DNA of 59,675 nucleotides, counting the filler, from Sphacelaria rigidula (lineage: Eukaryota), in NCBI GenBank assembly GCA_964200075.2. It is 10 parts of 10 records of this genome, joined end to end, with 100 filler letters (N's around TTAATTAATTAA, not from the genome) between each part and the next. Parts side by side here need not be neighbours in the genome. Positions count along the whole stretch, not along the records: positions 47,823 to 53,699 come from CAXNAA020023796.1; positions 53,800 to 59,675 come from CAXNAA020023797.1; 8 more parts are not named here. One strand, given 5' to 3'. The notes below the pieces were generated by a model. It saw nothing but the letters and a program-made list of their open reading frames with translations, searched no databases and was not told the origin of the DNA. This document shows, in pieces, positions 47,723-59,675 of this stretch. Both the position numbers and the translations under genes were made by a program. Every line of letters starts with the position of its first letter. Within the stretch, counting starts at the first letter, position 1.

Positions 47723-49503
47723 NNNNNNNNNNNNNNNNNNNNNNNNNNNNNNNNNNNNNNNNNNNNTTAATTAATTAANNNNNNNNNNNNNNNNNNNNNN
47801 NNNNNNNNNNNNNNNNNNNNNNCCCAACGAGCACGAATGCCACGAGTGACACTCGTGCTCGTCCGACGTATGAAGCTTTTCTACTTCGTGAATGGCCCAT
47901 TGTGATGGGTATGGCAATTTTGATGGATGATGAATGTCCCACTATGCTTGTTAGGGTGTGTTGACTTTGGACTAGACGTGACCATGGCGGTGAAGGTGGG
48001 CGTGGTTCTTCTTTATTCCGCTATGAGCTTTGAAGCAGAACAACGGTTTTCAGAGTGAAGTGGTGCAAACGGCACTCTTGACTCTGAAAAAATCGCTCCG
48101 AAATTAACTTCAAGGCGGAAAGTGCACCGTTACCGGCTATTTTTCCCTCCACTCTGACTCTGAGATTTGAAAAAACATTCTCCGAAACTCTCCAATTGCA
48201 CTATATATCTCATAGTCCTGTGTGTACTGTCAGTCCGGTCCTGTCTCTACAAGGCTTGGGTGCGTGGGCAGTCTGTGAAGAATTGCAACGGCTGTTCGCA
48301 ACACGCTGCTTGCACAGACCTGAACTGAGCTACAATGTTGTACGGACTATATATAGACTGTCCTGTCTGTACAGCAGTCGTTATCGACCCTGCCTTGTCC
48401 TGTCGTCATGGGGTAAAGGGCCACGACGCTACTGGCGAGCGAAGGACAACGGTGCAACACGCTGAATTCCCGCAAGCACCAGCGACAGCAGTAGTGATGG
48501 CAGCCAAGCCATCACAGGTGCTGTTGCGGGCTGTAGGGTATGTTCAATTCTTTTTCAATAACATTTTTCGATAGCACAAGGTTGTAAAAAAATATGATTT
48601 TCTGATAATTTTGAGCTGACGGAAAATGTCATCAGTAGGTTCCTCATCGTAAAACGCGTTTTCTGATCACATAAAAAGTGTTTTTTTGGCCTGTTATCGG
48701 AGAACGCGATTTTTTACAGTTTTTTCTATACATGAAAAGTAGCCTCAGACGGAATAGCTTTGATTGGCCCACACACTGCGCCACGGCTGCGAGAGAGTGA
48801 CAGCTGCGACGATCGCAGTCGCTGAGGATACAGCAATCCGTGCTGGCTCAGTTTGTTGCCCCAACCTGCACGCACCCGCCTTCCGTGTCTTTGCCCATCA
48901 CAGGACCCGACTACAACTGAAGTACGAAAGAAGAGACAACGAACAGCTGCACAGTCATCACGAGATATTTTTAACTTTGTATTGACAGCACTTCGGTCCC
49001 ACCCCAACTCTGTACAGACCAAAACACGGCAGCATTCTTCAGCGCACATCATGACGTGTTCGTAAAGTGCTCAAGTGCACAGCAGCACAGCGACAACTAC
49101 AGCATGAAAATGATGAGTGTGGGAAGCGCCTTGTTCGTTTGACGTAAGACGAAACAGCCAACTCACCGTGGAGTTTTCAACAGTGTGTAGACAGCACTGC
49201 GTGCCGACTAACGTTATACATTTCTATAGAGACGAACACAATGACTATAAAGCAACTCTGGCAGTTCCAGCGGAGACCAAACCGTCTTCGCGAAGGTCTG
49301 AATACACCACAGCGCAGTGACAGCTACAGCATGAGAGAGGGCATGAGTGTGTTCGTGCTGCATCACAGTGAAACAGGATATTTCCCATATTGTAGCTGTT
49401 TCCCTGACGTTAAACGGGCCCTCACTTTTTGCCGGGCGCCGATTTCAAACGCTCGGCCATAATCGCGAAAATATTTTAACTTGAGTTACGCCTATCTGTG
49501 GAA

Positions 49504-49939
49504 GGTAAGCCCGGTTGCTAGCCTCGAATGCCTTCTGACGGTCTATTCGTGAGTTCGATCCTCGGTGAAGCCAAACGAACCGGGACCTTTTCTCACAGTA
49601 TGCCTGTGTTGTCGTTCCATTCATTCTGAACGACGGTCTACACCTTTCGGTATATGTGAGCGCACCAGCCGAGGCCACACAGGAGCATTGTCTTTTTTGT
49701 TTAGTTTTAGTACCCCACCTTCCTTCTGCGGTGCTTGCCTCTATTTTTTATCTCGAAAGTGGTTCAGCAGTCCCTTTCCCTCGTCGACCATGAAATCGAA
49801 CCTTGTGTACCCACGACATAGTCGCTCTTCACTGTTGGGCATTGTGGGAGAAAAAATCCCAGATCGCTCCGACATTCGAACTCACGACCCAACCACCAGA
49901 AGGTTTCGAGGTTACCAACTGAGCCACCGGAGCGACCGG
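49504..49939. mobile_element. Repeat with two homologous tRNA-like heads facing inward
   Basis: Minus head (49869-49939) has A-box TGGCTCAGTTGG and B-box GAGTTCGAAT. Plus head (49504-49565) aligns with it: CCTCGAA..CCTTCTG..GGT....TCGTGAGTTCGA. Confidence 0.7.
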
Positions 49940-50519
49940 TCCCTGTGCACGGCGATCATGTCGTGAGTATACAAATTCGATTCGGATATATGACGAGGGG
50001 AAGAGACGGCCAAACCCTTCTCGCAAAAAGACGTAAGGCAAGCACCGCACAAGGAAGGTAAAGAAAAAAATAAAATCAAGAACTCCTGTGTGACCTTCCT
50101 CCTGTGTGACCAGAGCTATTGCGCCCACATAGACCGGAAGGGGTACAGTAGGCGTCCAGAATAAACGGGAAAACACGCGCACACGCGCGCGAGCGCTTTC
50201 GCTGGCTCGAACATCACTGCTGCTTTGCTGTACTGAGACGACAATATACTATTGGCCACACCTTATGCACGAATAAATGTGACGCCCGGCACATGCGTGG
50301 CAACGGCATTCTCTCTGCGGGCGTTGTCTCTCCACTAGAACAATATCGAACCTCCCCCCAAAGCCCATCGTTTTGGCGCTTGGTGTCCAACCAGGGCTCC
50401 CGGCGTTCAAGGAGCTATGACTTATTCGTTTGACCGCGGACTCCGGCTCGGAACAGTTTCCCTGACAGTCGAGGGGTTCCCATGGAAATGGGGGGGGGGG
50501 GGGGGGGGTTTTTTGGGGG

Positions 50520-50705
50520 GGGTGTACTCATGATCTTGCATGCCATACTCATAAGACCATTGACCTCGCATCCCTACAAAGCCGGGACGGAGCACGCCGG
50601 GTTTCGCCGGACCATGGTCGCAATTACCAAGCGCGAGGCGCCGTCATGTGTTCGGCGAGTCGCATGACAGGTGACCTGAATCCTGCTAAGATTGTTCGGC
50701 CCGAA
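50520..50705 (+). repeat. Repeat family G, most complete copy
   Basis: Colinear with 47560-47722 and with the reverse complement of 53655-53699. Confidence 0.85.
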
Positions 50706-53094
50706 GCGTCGTAATTATCTTGCATAATGACATAGACATGAAATAGAGAAGCTAACCCTCATTTTTCTTCAATCTATCAAAAGACAGCCCGGACATGGAC
50801 ATAAAATTAAGAACCTAACCCTCCTTTACCCCACCATAACACAGCCCGGACATTCTCAAACATGTGTGCGCGAGGGACAGATTCGAGCCCCATGCCTGTT
50901 TTCGTACACGTGTAATCGGGAATGTCTCGATTAGAGACCGTCCTACGAGGGGGGGGGGGGGGTATCTCGTTCAGTGAAACAAGGGGATCTCATAGTGCAG
51001 CCTTGCGGTCTTGTCGACCGCAGTATCAACCAAAGATCTGCAGCATATCTCCGTATCATCCCCACTGTAAAATCTTGCTGGTTGCAACACGCGCTTCACG
51101 GGGGTTGGAGTGCCTCTTCCCTGTGCCCGATATCATAACCTTGGCGCTGTCTTTTTTCGCCGATGTTGATCTTGCGTTTACCGATGGCCGTATTTATGTT
51201 GGACTCCCTCACGGTCAAGCCCGGCCTTGCGCAAACTGTGCCGGACACTGGGTTGTTTAAGCACACAATGAGGAGATCTTTTTTGCTCCCGGTGTAGTTG
51301 CGACCAGCGTCCCCCTACTTATGTTGTTATCAAAGCTGCAGCATAGATACGGTGCTGTAAAGCATTCGACAAAGATATAAACGGTGTAGAGTGTGTGCAG
51401 TGGAGGAATTACACACTGTCTTGTGTTGTTATGATTTGCCGCTGATGAAGAAAATATGTATATGGGATACAGCCGCAGCTCGGACGATGCATGCAGTACG
51501 CACAGTTGAGGCGATACGACATGCAGTGCAACACATGGACACATGCCCAAGGTATGCCAGCACTATCCCGCAAGCACCAAGATTGCTGAAGCAGCGGCAA
51601 ATAGTGTATTTTCGTGTCCATCAGCAGCAGTGATAGCCGGTGTGCATCACTCACAAAAAAGGCATAGCACCATGTACACCAAGAGAATGACCGGGCAAAA
51701 ATGAACATAGACTTCGACATCCAGGCCGTTCTTCGGATGCAAACTCTGCTCCTCGCCCCCAACTCTGACCTATGAAATGAAGGCCTGGGACGTCGAGTTA
51801 TCATCCCTCCGAACTTGCAGTGAGGATGCCCTTCATGCTGCGAGGTGGGTAGCCCCTCTTATCCTGGTCGACTGTAGCGCGTAGGGCATTGGGGTAGCCT
51901 CATTACGCCCAACTACCTTCCACCCTAACCCGCAACTGGTCTGCATCAGCAGTGCGTGTGCACCAAATCCTGGTTGGAGGTCGACTATTAACACCTACCG
52001 CCAATCGAGGCAAGTAGTAGTAGCTGTACAAGCTCTTCCTCTCATTTTGCATGTCTATGCCGTCCCCTTGGGGAGTAAGAAGATAAGAAGAGAAAGGGAG
52101 AGGAACTTTACCCTGACTTCATTAACTCCTCCCCCGCGAGGCTGTGATTAGAACCCTGCATGGTTCGTTTTCGCGACTGTCGTGCTTAACCGGTATCGTG
52201 TAAGGGGTGGAGGGGTGTCGTGCGGTTCTCGTTTTGGACATCGCGGCTTGTCATGATAGACCACAGCTGTCGTCTAGCCTCTCTTTTGGGAGCGGACCTT
52301 GTAGTATAGGTGCGGATGTATTTTTCCCTCGATTAATGAAGCCGTTGTATGTCCACTTACATTTCCGTCAACTGGTCTATAATAGCTTGTGCTTAAACTG
52401 GTTTTCAGCCCATCTCGAGATTTCGTTTGCAAGTGTATTATCCAAATTATGTATGTGCTTGGCAACCGGGCACCAGTGAGACCACCCTTACTAGGCCGCC
52501 TCGCATCCTGAGAGCCTCTGCATCCGTTCATCATGGATACGGCCGATACGTTACCCTCCCGCATGAACTATAAATGTCGCGCTCGGGTGATATAACCCGT
52601 ACAAGTCAAAGCTGTTGGGGTGGAAAATTGGGTGTTGATATCCCAAGAGATCCCGCCAGATTTATCTTATGACGTCATTGAATCCGTCAGAACATGGCAA
52701 GAATTTTTTTTTGACGAGAGTCGACGCGATGCAGAAGTGCTGGTCCAGTCTGCGATACTAAAATGTAACACGTGTACCGGGGGGGAGATGGGTTGATCCC
52801 TGGAGTCCGCAGGCTCGTCCCAAGAATGGGGAGGGACTGAACGTACGTGTGAAAAAAAACGATCAAACCTAGCTCACGTCATTCACCAGGTTTTTCCTCT
52901 TCAACATCTGGACCAGGCAGGCCGTGACAATCATTTCACATTACTCTGAGAGATTGATCGTGATGTCACTAGTTTATATATCTCTCGCTTCTTTTTCATG
53001 TTCGTCCGTGAGGTTGTTTACAAAGGTGTAAGTAGTGACAGAAGACCTTGAGTTCCGGGCAGCAGTAACCTCCCACATCTTGTAACCTAGCATA

Positions 53095-53410
53095 GTGGCG
53101 AGTGGCGTGAGGGTCTACGTGAGCGAAAAACCGGGCGCTGAGAGATTCCCCCAGTTCGAAGAGTCGATGCTCAGTTGCCCACTTCCAAAGCGGGACGTTT
53201 ATGTGAAAATACCTGTCTCTTGTATGGCATTATCGGAAGGAGTCTTGAAGTCGGAGTGCCCTCTCAAGCAACACATGTTGTCGGCAAAACATGAGTTAAA
53301 AATACATGCGTAGGTGGAAGTTGCAAGCTGTCTTGGGACACTGCACTGTCTTCTTCTGTCACTCGGCGCCGGTTCTATTGGCTTCACCGCGAAGGAAGCG
53401 TCGGGCTGTA
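53095..53410 (+). pseudogene. Possible highly decayed copia reverse-transcriptase fragment
   Basis: LPKRDVYVKIPVSCMALSEGVLKSECPLKQ loosely resembles the copia RT L.E.VY...P.G.......L.K.LYGLKQ region. Weak. Confidence 0.3.
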
Positions 53411-54068
53411 GATCCGGGCAGGGGTATTTGTGTGACGCCTATCGGTCTGTCCGGGTTGGTGCTGTGACCGGAACTGCGATGCCCCTCCCCCTTGTGGGCT
53501 CCGCCATGAGCCGGGACCCGTACCTTCAGCAGCAACCCGCGCTGTCTCCCTCGCCTCCTCCGCCTCTGACTTGCCCTCTTCCCCCCCCCCTCGACACCAG
53601 AAAATAAAGCAACTCATTGTAAGCTATGATCCAAATGCAAGATAATCAGTAGGCCTCGGGCCGAACAATCTTAGCCGGATGCAGCTCACCCTTCATGCGN
53701 NNNNNNNNNNNNNNNNNNNNNNNNNNNNNNNNNNNNNNNNNNNTTAATTAATTAANNNNNNNNNNNNNNNNNNNNNNNNNNNNNNNNNNNNNNNNNNNNG
53801 TCCCGGCTTTGGAGGGATGCGAGGTCAATGGTCTGATGACTATGGCATGCATGATCATGAGTACACCCTCCCCCTCCCAATCGGAGAGCGTTCGTGGTCC
53901 CGAGGCAGCAACCCATCTCCTCCCCGGTCCATGCTGGCCTCGAACTGTATTGTCGAGTTTGAGACGAGTATTCTGGCAGTTCGTAGGTTCTCATATATGT
54001 TTTTTCTTTGTATATTTTGGCGTTGTCTTTTTGTTCATTCACGCCAACTTGTTTTCTATGGACGGCAG

Positions 54069-54161
54069 GGGTCGGGGGATGGAGCAGCCAAGGATACGGC
54101 GAAGCTGGACGTGCACGCCAAGGCGCAAGCCAAAAAGGAGGCGTCGGCCAAAGAGTCAGCG
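54069..54161 (+). CDS. Putative penultimate exon of an unknown gene (GSGDGAAKDTAKLDVHAKAQAKKEASAKESA)
   Basis: Pyrimidine-rich tract plus GGCAG acceptor, GCG|GTACGC donor, 93 bp, phase 0-0. Confidence 0.55.
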
Positions 54162-55316
54162 GTACGCATAAATAGCCCTGGTGGCACATGTCGCGTATAT
54201 CCGTCGTCACCCCTCCCCCCCCCCCCCGTTTATTTTCAACAAAAGAAAAGTATGGCATAACGGCTGAGTACTGTATGTGTTCGCGCTCGATTGGTGTTTT
54301 TATCTACTGTTGAGTGAGAGTACGGCAGCTTCATGACTACCGTAGGATACGGTTTATTGCACATTGCGCGTATGGTGTATATCCTCTTCCTCGAATTTGC
54401 CCTCAGGTATTTTTGACTTTTTGGCTGTTAATATTTCGCAACGCATTGGGACCTAGGGTATTATATCGGGTACGTTGATCATTACCCCCCACACGCGTTA
54501 AGTATTACCCCCGGACGGCGAGTGTTCCCCCGCTCCCTCCCCCATGTAAAACTCAACACGCGAGGGTAGTGTTTACCGTGTTTTGCAGTTGACTTAGCGG
54601 GTCGTTTGATCGTGAGATGTCACCGTGATTCGACGAGTGAGACGTTGAATGCAAGTATCCTGGTGGTAGCACGTCAGGTGTTAATATATACCCTGTTGGT
54701 TGTGATTTTGAGTGGACGATGACTCATAGCTGGCTGTACAACGAACGACGCAGCGGGAAAATGACATGCAATACCCTAATGAGATATACCACGGTTCGGA
54801 CGAATCATCGCCGGTTTGAACCACCAAACCCACTGTTTTTCAGGCCTGATTGCTCGAAAGAGAAAAAAAAGTTGACCGCTGATCAAAGAGGTCTCCACGC
54901 AATTTTTGCGTCATCCCACGTGCCTGGGCTGCGCGTACCTGGCTTGCAACGCTGAAAACAAAACTCAAGAATTGATCCACACGGTACGAATCAGTCACGC
55001 TAAAATCGAGTTATTTCCAGACGAATCATTCATTCGTCCGACCCGTGAACTATACCATATGCGAATGATGTGTTGCTTTTCAAGCGTTGGCCCTGGAACC
55101 CACACAGCCGTCGTGTCATACTATTTGGTACAAAATATCCCGAAAGAAGCGACATTGACGTCATTTCGTCGGAGTGTTCCAAGGAGAAATGCCGTTTTAT
55201 TCGGAAGCTGTCCTGCCGCTTCTTGTCTGCTCAATTACAGGGCAAGGTTTTCGAGCTTTTTGCCGACTCTTGTCATTTATTTTCTTGTCTCGGCTATGTT
55301 TTCATTTGCTTGGCAG

Positions 55317-55367
55317 GTGGTGCTACCTCCAGGTGTCGTAGGCAAGAGAGGCGGCAAGAGACGCTGA
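55317..55367 (+). CDS. Putative terminal exon (VVLPPGVVGKRGGKRR*)
   Basis: Long polypyrimidine tract plus TGGCAG acceptor, phase 0, ends in TGA. Confidence 0.5.
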   Translation: MVLPPGVVGKRGGKRR

Positions 55368-56113
55368 CATACGTCGACGACACGATGAGTGTGCATGCAC
55401 ATGCGTCAGGGGGCGTACTCATGTGTTGCTTGCCTTAGTCATTTGGACACTGACCACGCATTCCTTTCGAGACGGAACAACGTTCCTACTCCTAATATGG
55501 CACATGCGTCAGGGGGGGGGGGTCGCACAGCGCCGCAAATGTGAACATTCCCTCAGGACATAAGGTTGCCCATCTGTGAGGCTTGAAGCTTCGTTCAAGC
55601 TATTTCTCCGAAATCAAAGGCTGCTAAAATGAAGGCAGCAGGAGGATAGTATCATGATACAGCGATACTTCGTTTGAAATGGGTTTGGTTGGCTTTTCAC
55701 TCTTGTCGCTATCTCGAGGCATTTCTGTTCTGTCTCGGAGGAGCACTTGAAAGAATCAACATTGCGTGGGACGCAGCGCAAGGCTTGAAAGGAAGTTATG
55801 ATGCCTTGACATGGTGTGCATGCGTGTTGGTGCCGTGCCGGCGGGGTTGTTTGCGCGGTCGTCTGCTGTCATGAGCTGTTGGGCCTCGTCTACTTGTGTT
55901 GTCGTCCCATTTATTCTGGGCACCAGTCTACACCTTTCGGTGTATGTGGGTGCATCAGCCGGGGTCTGAGACAGGAAAAATGAGAATGGATTATGACAAC
56001 GATAATGATCTAATGGTTCACAACTTCATCATCACGAGAAATCGCCCGCTTTTCCTGTCGAAGGCAAAAAAAATGATAATGATAAGATTATGACGGAAAC
56101 AGCACGGTGAACA

Positions 56114-56418
56114 GACCAGAGATTCCCAGTAGGGCGGTGATCATGCGCAAGGTGCGTGGGCATTGTCGCACAGTCGGAATACGGACCGTCTCCCGCACGA
56201 GGAGGAGAAGCAGCAGCAGCAGCAGCGGCGGCAGCAGCTTTTTTTCTATCAGCAACTGTGTACTGTTGGCGGTGGGGCTAACACATACAGCTGGTGCCGA
56301 TACTGCTGCTACTGCTGCTGCTGCTCTTCCTCGTGCGAGAGACGACCCGCGTTTCGACCGTGCGACAATGCCCGTGCACCTTGCGCGTGATCGCCGCCCT
56401 GCTGGCGAATGCCTGGTC
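56114..56418. repeat. Hairpin repeat with ~110-bp arms carrying CAG/CTG tracts (related copy ~57990-58190)
   Basis: GCGCAAGGTGCGTGGGCATTGTCGCAC pairs with GTGCGACAATGCCCGTGCACCTTGCGC. Confidence 0.8.
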
Positions 56419-56790
56419 CGTACTACCCACCGATGGCTCCAAGCTTGCTCACTCAGTGAAGCGGCGGGAGGTACAGCTGTGCGCGTCTTCCGCTCAGAGG
56501 CAACTGCTGGTGCTGGGAAGGTCAGCTGTGCACCCCACCATGATGAGCTCAACAGGCGCCGCGTGACAAGCATTTTACGTCGCCTTCACATTCTCATCGG
56601 ATTGTTCCTCCGTGCTCACTTTTTTCAATACCCAAATGATGTTTTCTTGTAATAGATTGCCCTGTGCCCAGGGCGCTTCCAATTTCAATTTATTTCGGTG
56701 TTTGTGACGTTGCCGTCTCGGATTTCGGCGGTGAAACCGGATTGGTCTCGGCTGGGCCCTTCTACTCTACAATGAACGTCTGCCCGTAAA

Positions 56791-57231
56791 CACGGGATTC
56801 TACGAATTGGGGATGAATCTTTGATTGGGAATGAGAAACCCGGATAATTAAAATCTTCCTATCCACACCAAATATTCGAAATGTGGTTCCATTTCTTCAC
56901 CCACTGATAGCCATTGAGAACTGCTACACGCCGTAGAAATTTAGATTTCGATCACCGAAGTTTTGGGGTCCTAGGTAAAAAACCAGTTGGAGAACCATTT
57001 TGGCGTCCGTTCGGACACCCGAAATTCCTCAAAATTGGCTTTTCGCCTAGGACCCCAAAAATTACGGTGATCGAAATTCAAATTTCTATGGTGTGCAGGA
57101 GATGTCAATAGCCATCAGTAGGTGAAGAAATGGAACCATATTTCGAAGATCTGGTGTGGATACGAGGATTTGAATTCTCCGCGTTTTCATCTTCATTTTA
57201 AAGATCCATCTTCAATATGTAAGATCCCGTG
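56791..57231. mobile_element. Foldback/MITE family E, second copy
   Basis: CACGGGAT... / ...ATCCCGTG termini and the same internal GGGGTCCTAGG / CCTAGGACCCC pair as 25439-25881. Confidence 0.85.
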
Positions 57232-57524
57232 CTCGTGACTTATTTTGTAATTGACACGCGGTATCTATCTCCGTACGGTAGGTAGTGGAGGGACTGGTGG
57301 ATTCGTTTCAGAACCAAAACGCCCAGGTATTATCATGTAAATGCTTCTCTTGTGTCTCGTTCGAACTGCGTGTTTCATGCGAATAAGAAAACTGCCGGTG
57401 CTGCAGAATGGTTGCGTCATTGCATTCCTTGACAAAATCTACGCTTCCCGCGCCTCGTACACAGTTCATGATAACCAGATCATGTCGGTGCTGTTCATAT
57501 CATGCATACGCGTTTTCGAACTGG

Positions 57525-57810
57525 TTCCAATTCTCAAGTTGGTTGTTGTCTCAGGCTATTCCAGATTTGGCATTAGATTTCTGTGACAGAAAACACTCTC
57601 GTTTTTTCGGAATACTTGATAAAAAAACGAGAGAACTTTTTAAAAAACAAGCAGAACTCTTCGAAAAGCTGCTTGAACCATGACGCCATTATATGGAGTT
57701 CAGGCTAGTACACTCAAGACAACGTTTTTTTGCAGTGGTGTATGAAGAACAGAGTACTACACTGAACACAAGATAACACGGCACTTCTGCAGTGTTTATA
57801 GTTTTAGAAC
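57525..57810 (+). repeat. Repeat family B, second copy
   Basis: Colinear with 13845-14110. Confidence 0.85.
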
Positions 57811-58984
57811 CTGTTACAGCTTAGTCTACAGAGAGACCACGAGAAATCACGCGCCGTTCTAATCGCGTTCCGCACGAGGAGAAGAAGCAACAGCAGCAGT
57901 ACCAGCAGCATCTCTACTGCCAGTAGATGTACGCGGCTGGGGGTGGGTCTGATTCATCCGGTGCCGATTTGTGTGTGTGCCAGCGCTCTCCAGAACGGTG
58001 GCTATCACTCGCAAGGTGCGTGGGTGTTGTTCCACGGTCGAAATGCGGACCGTCTACGATCAAGAGCAGCAGCAGAAGCAGCAGCAGCAGCATCACCGCC
58101 GGTTGATTCAGACCCACCCCCAGCCACGTACATTTACTGACAGGAAATATGGTGCTGGTGCTGGTGCTTCTCGTGCGGACGGTCCACGGCACTTGACAGC
58201 CCCCCACATACTCGAGATGTTTTCTCTGGCGTCGCATCAGCGGCCTGAAAATCCCCCCCCCAGAGCGGAAAACACCCTTTGAGTGCATTTGGGATATTTG
58301 CGAGTCAGCATCACGCTCAAACGCGAAAACCAGACTAGGCGACATAGCTTGGGTGTGTGGGAAGCGCGCGCAAGAAACCGCAGTCCAATCCCCCGCTTCG
58401 GTGTCGAGTTGTAAGCGTTGCGCGATTGGCACTTTTGGGTTGCTGCAGTTAGTTACGTTGGTGTGTAGCGGCCACAACAGCTGCTGTTCGTGCTCTTGTC
58501 TTGTTCTCTTCGCAATGACGGTAAACGTGGGGTGGCAGCTCGGGGGCGTGTGCTTTCCGACTGGTACAGACAAAGGCAGGACACTCGCTAGTGCAACAAG
58601 ATTGTCCATCTAATGATGATGTGGAGCGACCTTTCCGGAGGAACAAAATCACCTCAACACCGACCACTCCCAGAGTTGAAAAAATGTACTAGAAAAATAG
58701 TTCATTTCCTATGACCCAAATCGTCATTTGTAGGTGACGCCTGTATTTTCCGTTGATACTGTATGACTCGTTGGATTACCAGCCACTGTAGCGTTCAGCT
58801 TGCACTTTCCATGAATATAGTACCGAAAATCTGCGATTCCTACCCATAGCTGTACTGTCTAATTTTGGCCAAGAACGAAACTGTTGTAATGCATGAGAGG
58901 ACCGCGTGCTTGGAGGACCGCGTCGGAAGTTGAACATTGCAATGAACAGCCTGGAATCGCTATTGAGGTTCAAAAATTTTATGA

Positions 58985-59595
58985 AGTTTAACGGACCATC
59001 GAAATTTTATTTACTTTGTTCGAAAGGCTCTGGAGTCGCAAGCGGTTTCGACCATGTGCCCCTAACCCAGAAGTTTCAGAACTGGAGCGAAAGCATGATG
59101 GTGTGCAATCCAACCGAAAAGCCGCCCTCATTCATTGTGCCGCATCTATCGAGCAACCGTTGCGTCTAAGCGCTGCGGAACACGTAACAAAGCATGCTGA
59201 AAACATGCTTCTTTGGACTAGTCATCGAGTTTTCCAGCGCCTCTTGTTGTTGTGTATCTGAGAGAGACTCCATACTGTTGCGCCGGCGTCGACCGCCGTC
59301 AGCGAAACGATCCAATGCGGCGGCAGACGCCAACGGTCTTCGGAATGCAGCGTCATTCAGCAGTCTGCTGAGATATACCATCACCACAGCACAGCATCAT
59401 CACAGTACAGTGGTCAGTTGGATCAAATGGGTGCCCCACGGTAAAGCTGCAGACACACACACAACGGGGGTAAGGGTTCGTCCGACGCCTGGGGTTGTTT
59501 CGCTAGTAGTGCCCACGCGAGGCGCTTCATCTAGTCTGAACCAGCTATCACGCCTTGTATGACCACCTCCGCCGTGGCTGTGTTGAGAACCGGTT
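58985..59595. repeat. Repeat family D, second copy
   Basis: Colinear with 17120-17730. Confidence 0.9.
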
Positions 59596-59675
59596 TCGCG
59601 GTGGAGCTGTTGAACAACACTACTGTTGTAGTGCAACGCGCTTCAAAACTTCGAGCCGTTTCTTTTCAATTTAAA

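Larger units (their letters stand above)
5879..53799. other. Nine artificial 100-bp assembly linkers (N44-TTAATTAATTAA-N44) at 5879-5978, 11857-11956, 17835-17934, 23813-23912, 29791-29890, 35769-35868, 41746-41845, 47723-47822, 53700-53799
   Basis: Identical spacer carrying stops in all six frames. The contigs between them are 5878 down to 5876 bp in non-increasing order, as expected for length-sorted unplaced contigs. Confidence 0.98.

Noticed and set aside
49869..49939. Functional tRNA gene
   Set aside because: A and B boxes are present but no consistent acceptor or anticodon stems; treated as a SINE-like head.
53655..53868. Both sides of the last linker are colinear pieces of repeat family G, suggesting true adjacency
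   Set aside because: Family G is high-copy and breaks several contigs; the contigs are length-sorted, so this is probably coincidence.

Overview
Eukaryotic, intron-rich and repeat-dense DNA, most consistent with a brown alga or other stramenopile (inferred from exon/intron style, a stramenopile-like UBE2W C-terminus and a TTAGGG-like tract). The window is not one locus. It is ten contigs of 5878, 5878, 5878, 5878, 5878, 5878, 5877, 5877, 5877 and 5876 bp joined by identical 100-bp N44-TTAATTAATTAA-N44 linkers, so neighbourhood across linkers means nothing. Genes reconstructed by hand from splice sites and phase: four 3' exons of a UBE2W-type E2 (minus, 31882-35322); four internal exons of a predicted nucleotidyltransferase-fold protein with an LDWNNVVAAGGSV motif (minus, 36056-41480); the first two exons of a PPR protein (minus, 43937-46091); and two pairs of orphan exons. 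Mobile DNA: the 5' half of a decayed Ty1/copia element (LTR, PBS, gag, protease, integrase), hAT-like and Tc1/mariner-like non-autonomous elements, several foldback palindromes and tRNA-derived SINE-like repeats. Best leads: the intron-containing NTase-fold gene, a duplicated UBE2W last exon that could still be spliced in frame, and a repeat with two inward-facing tRNA-like Pol III heads. No clear novel multi-gene system is visible. All family calls are from motif recognition, not database searches.
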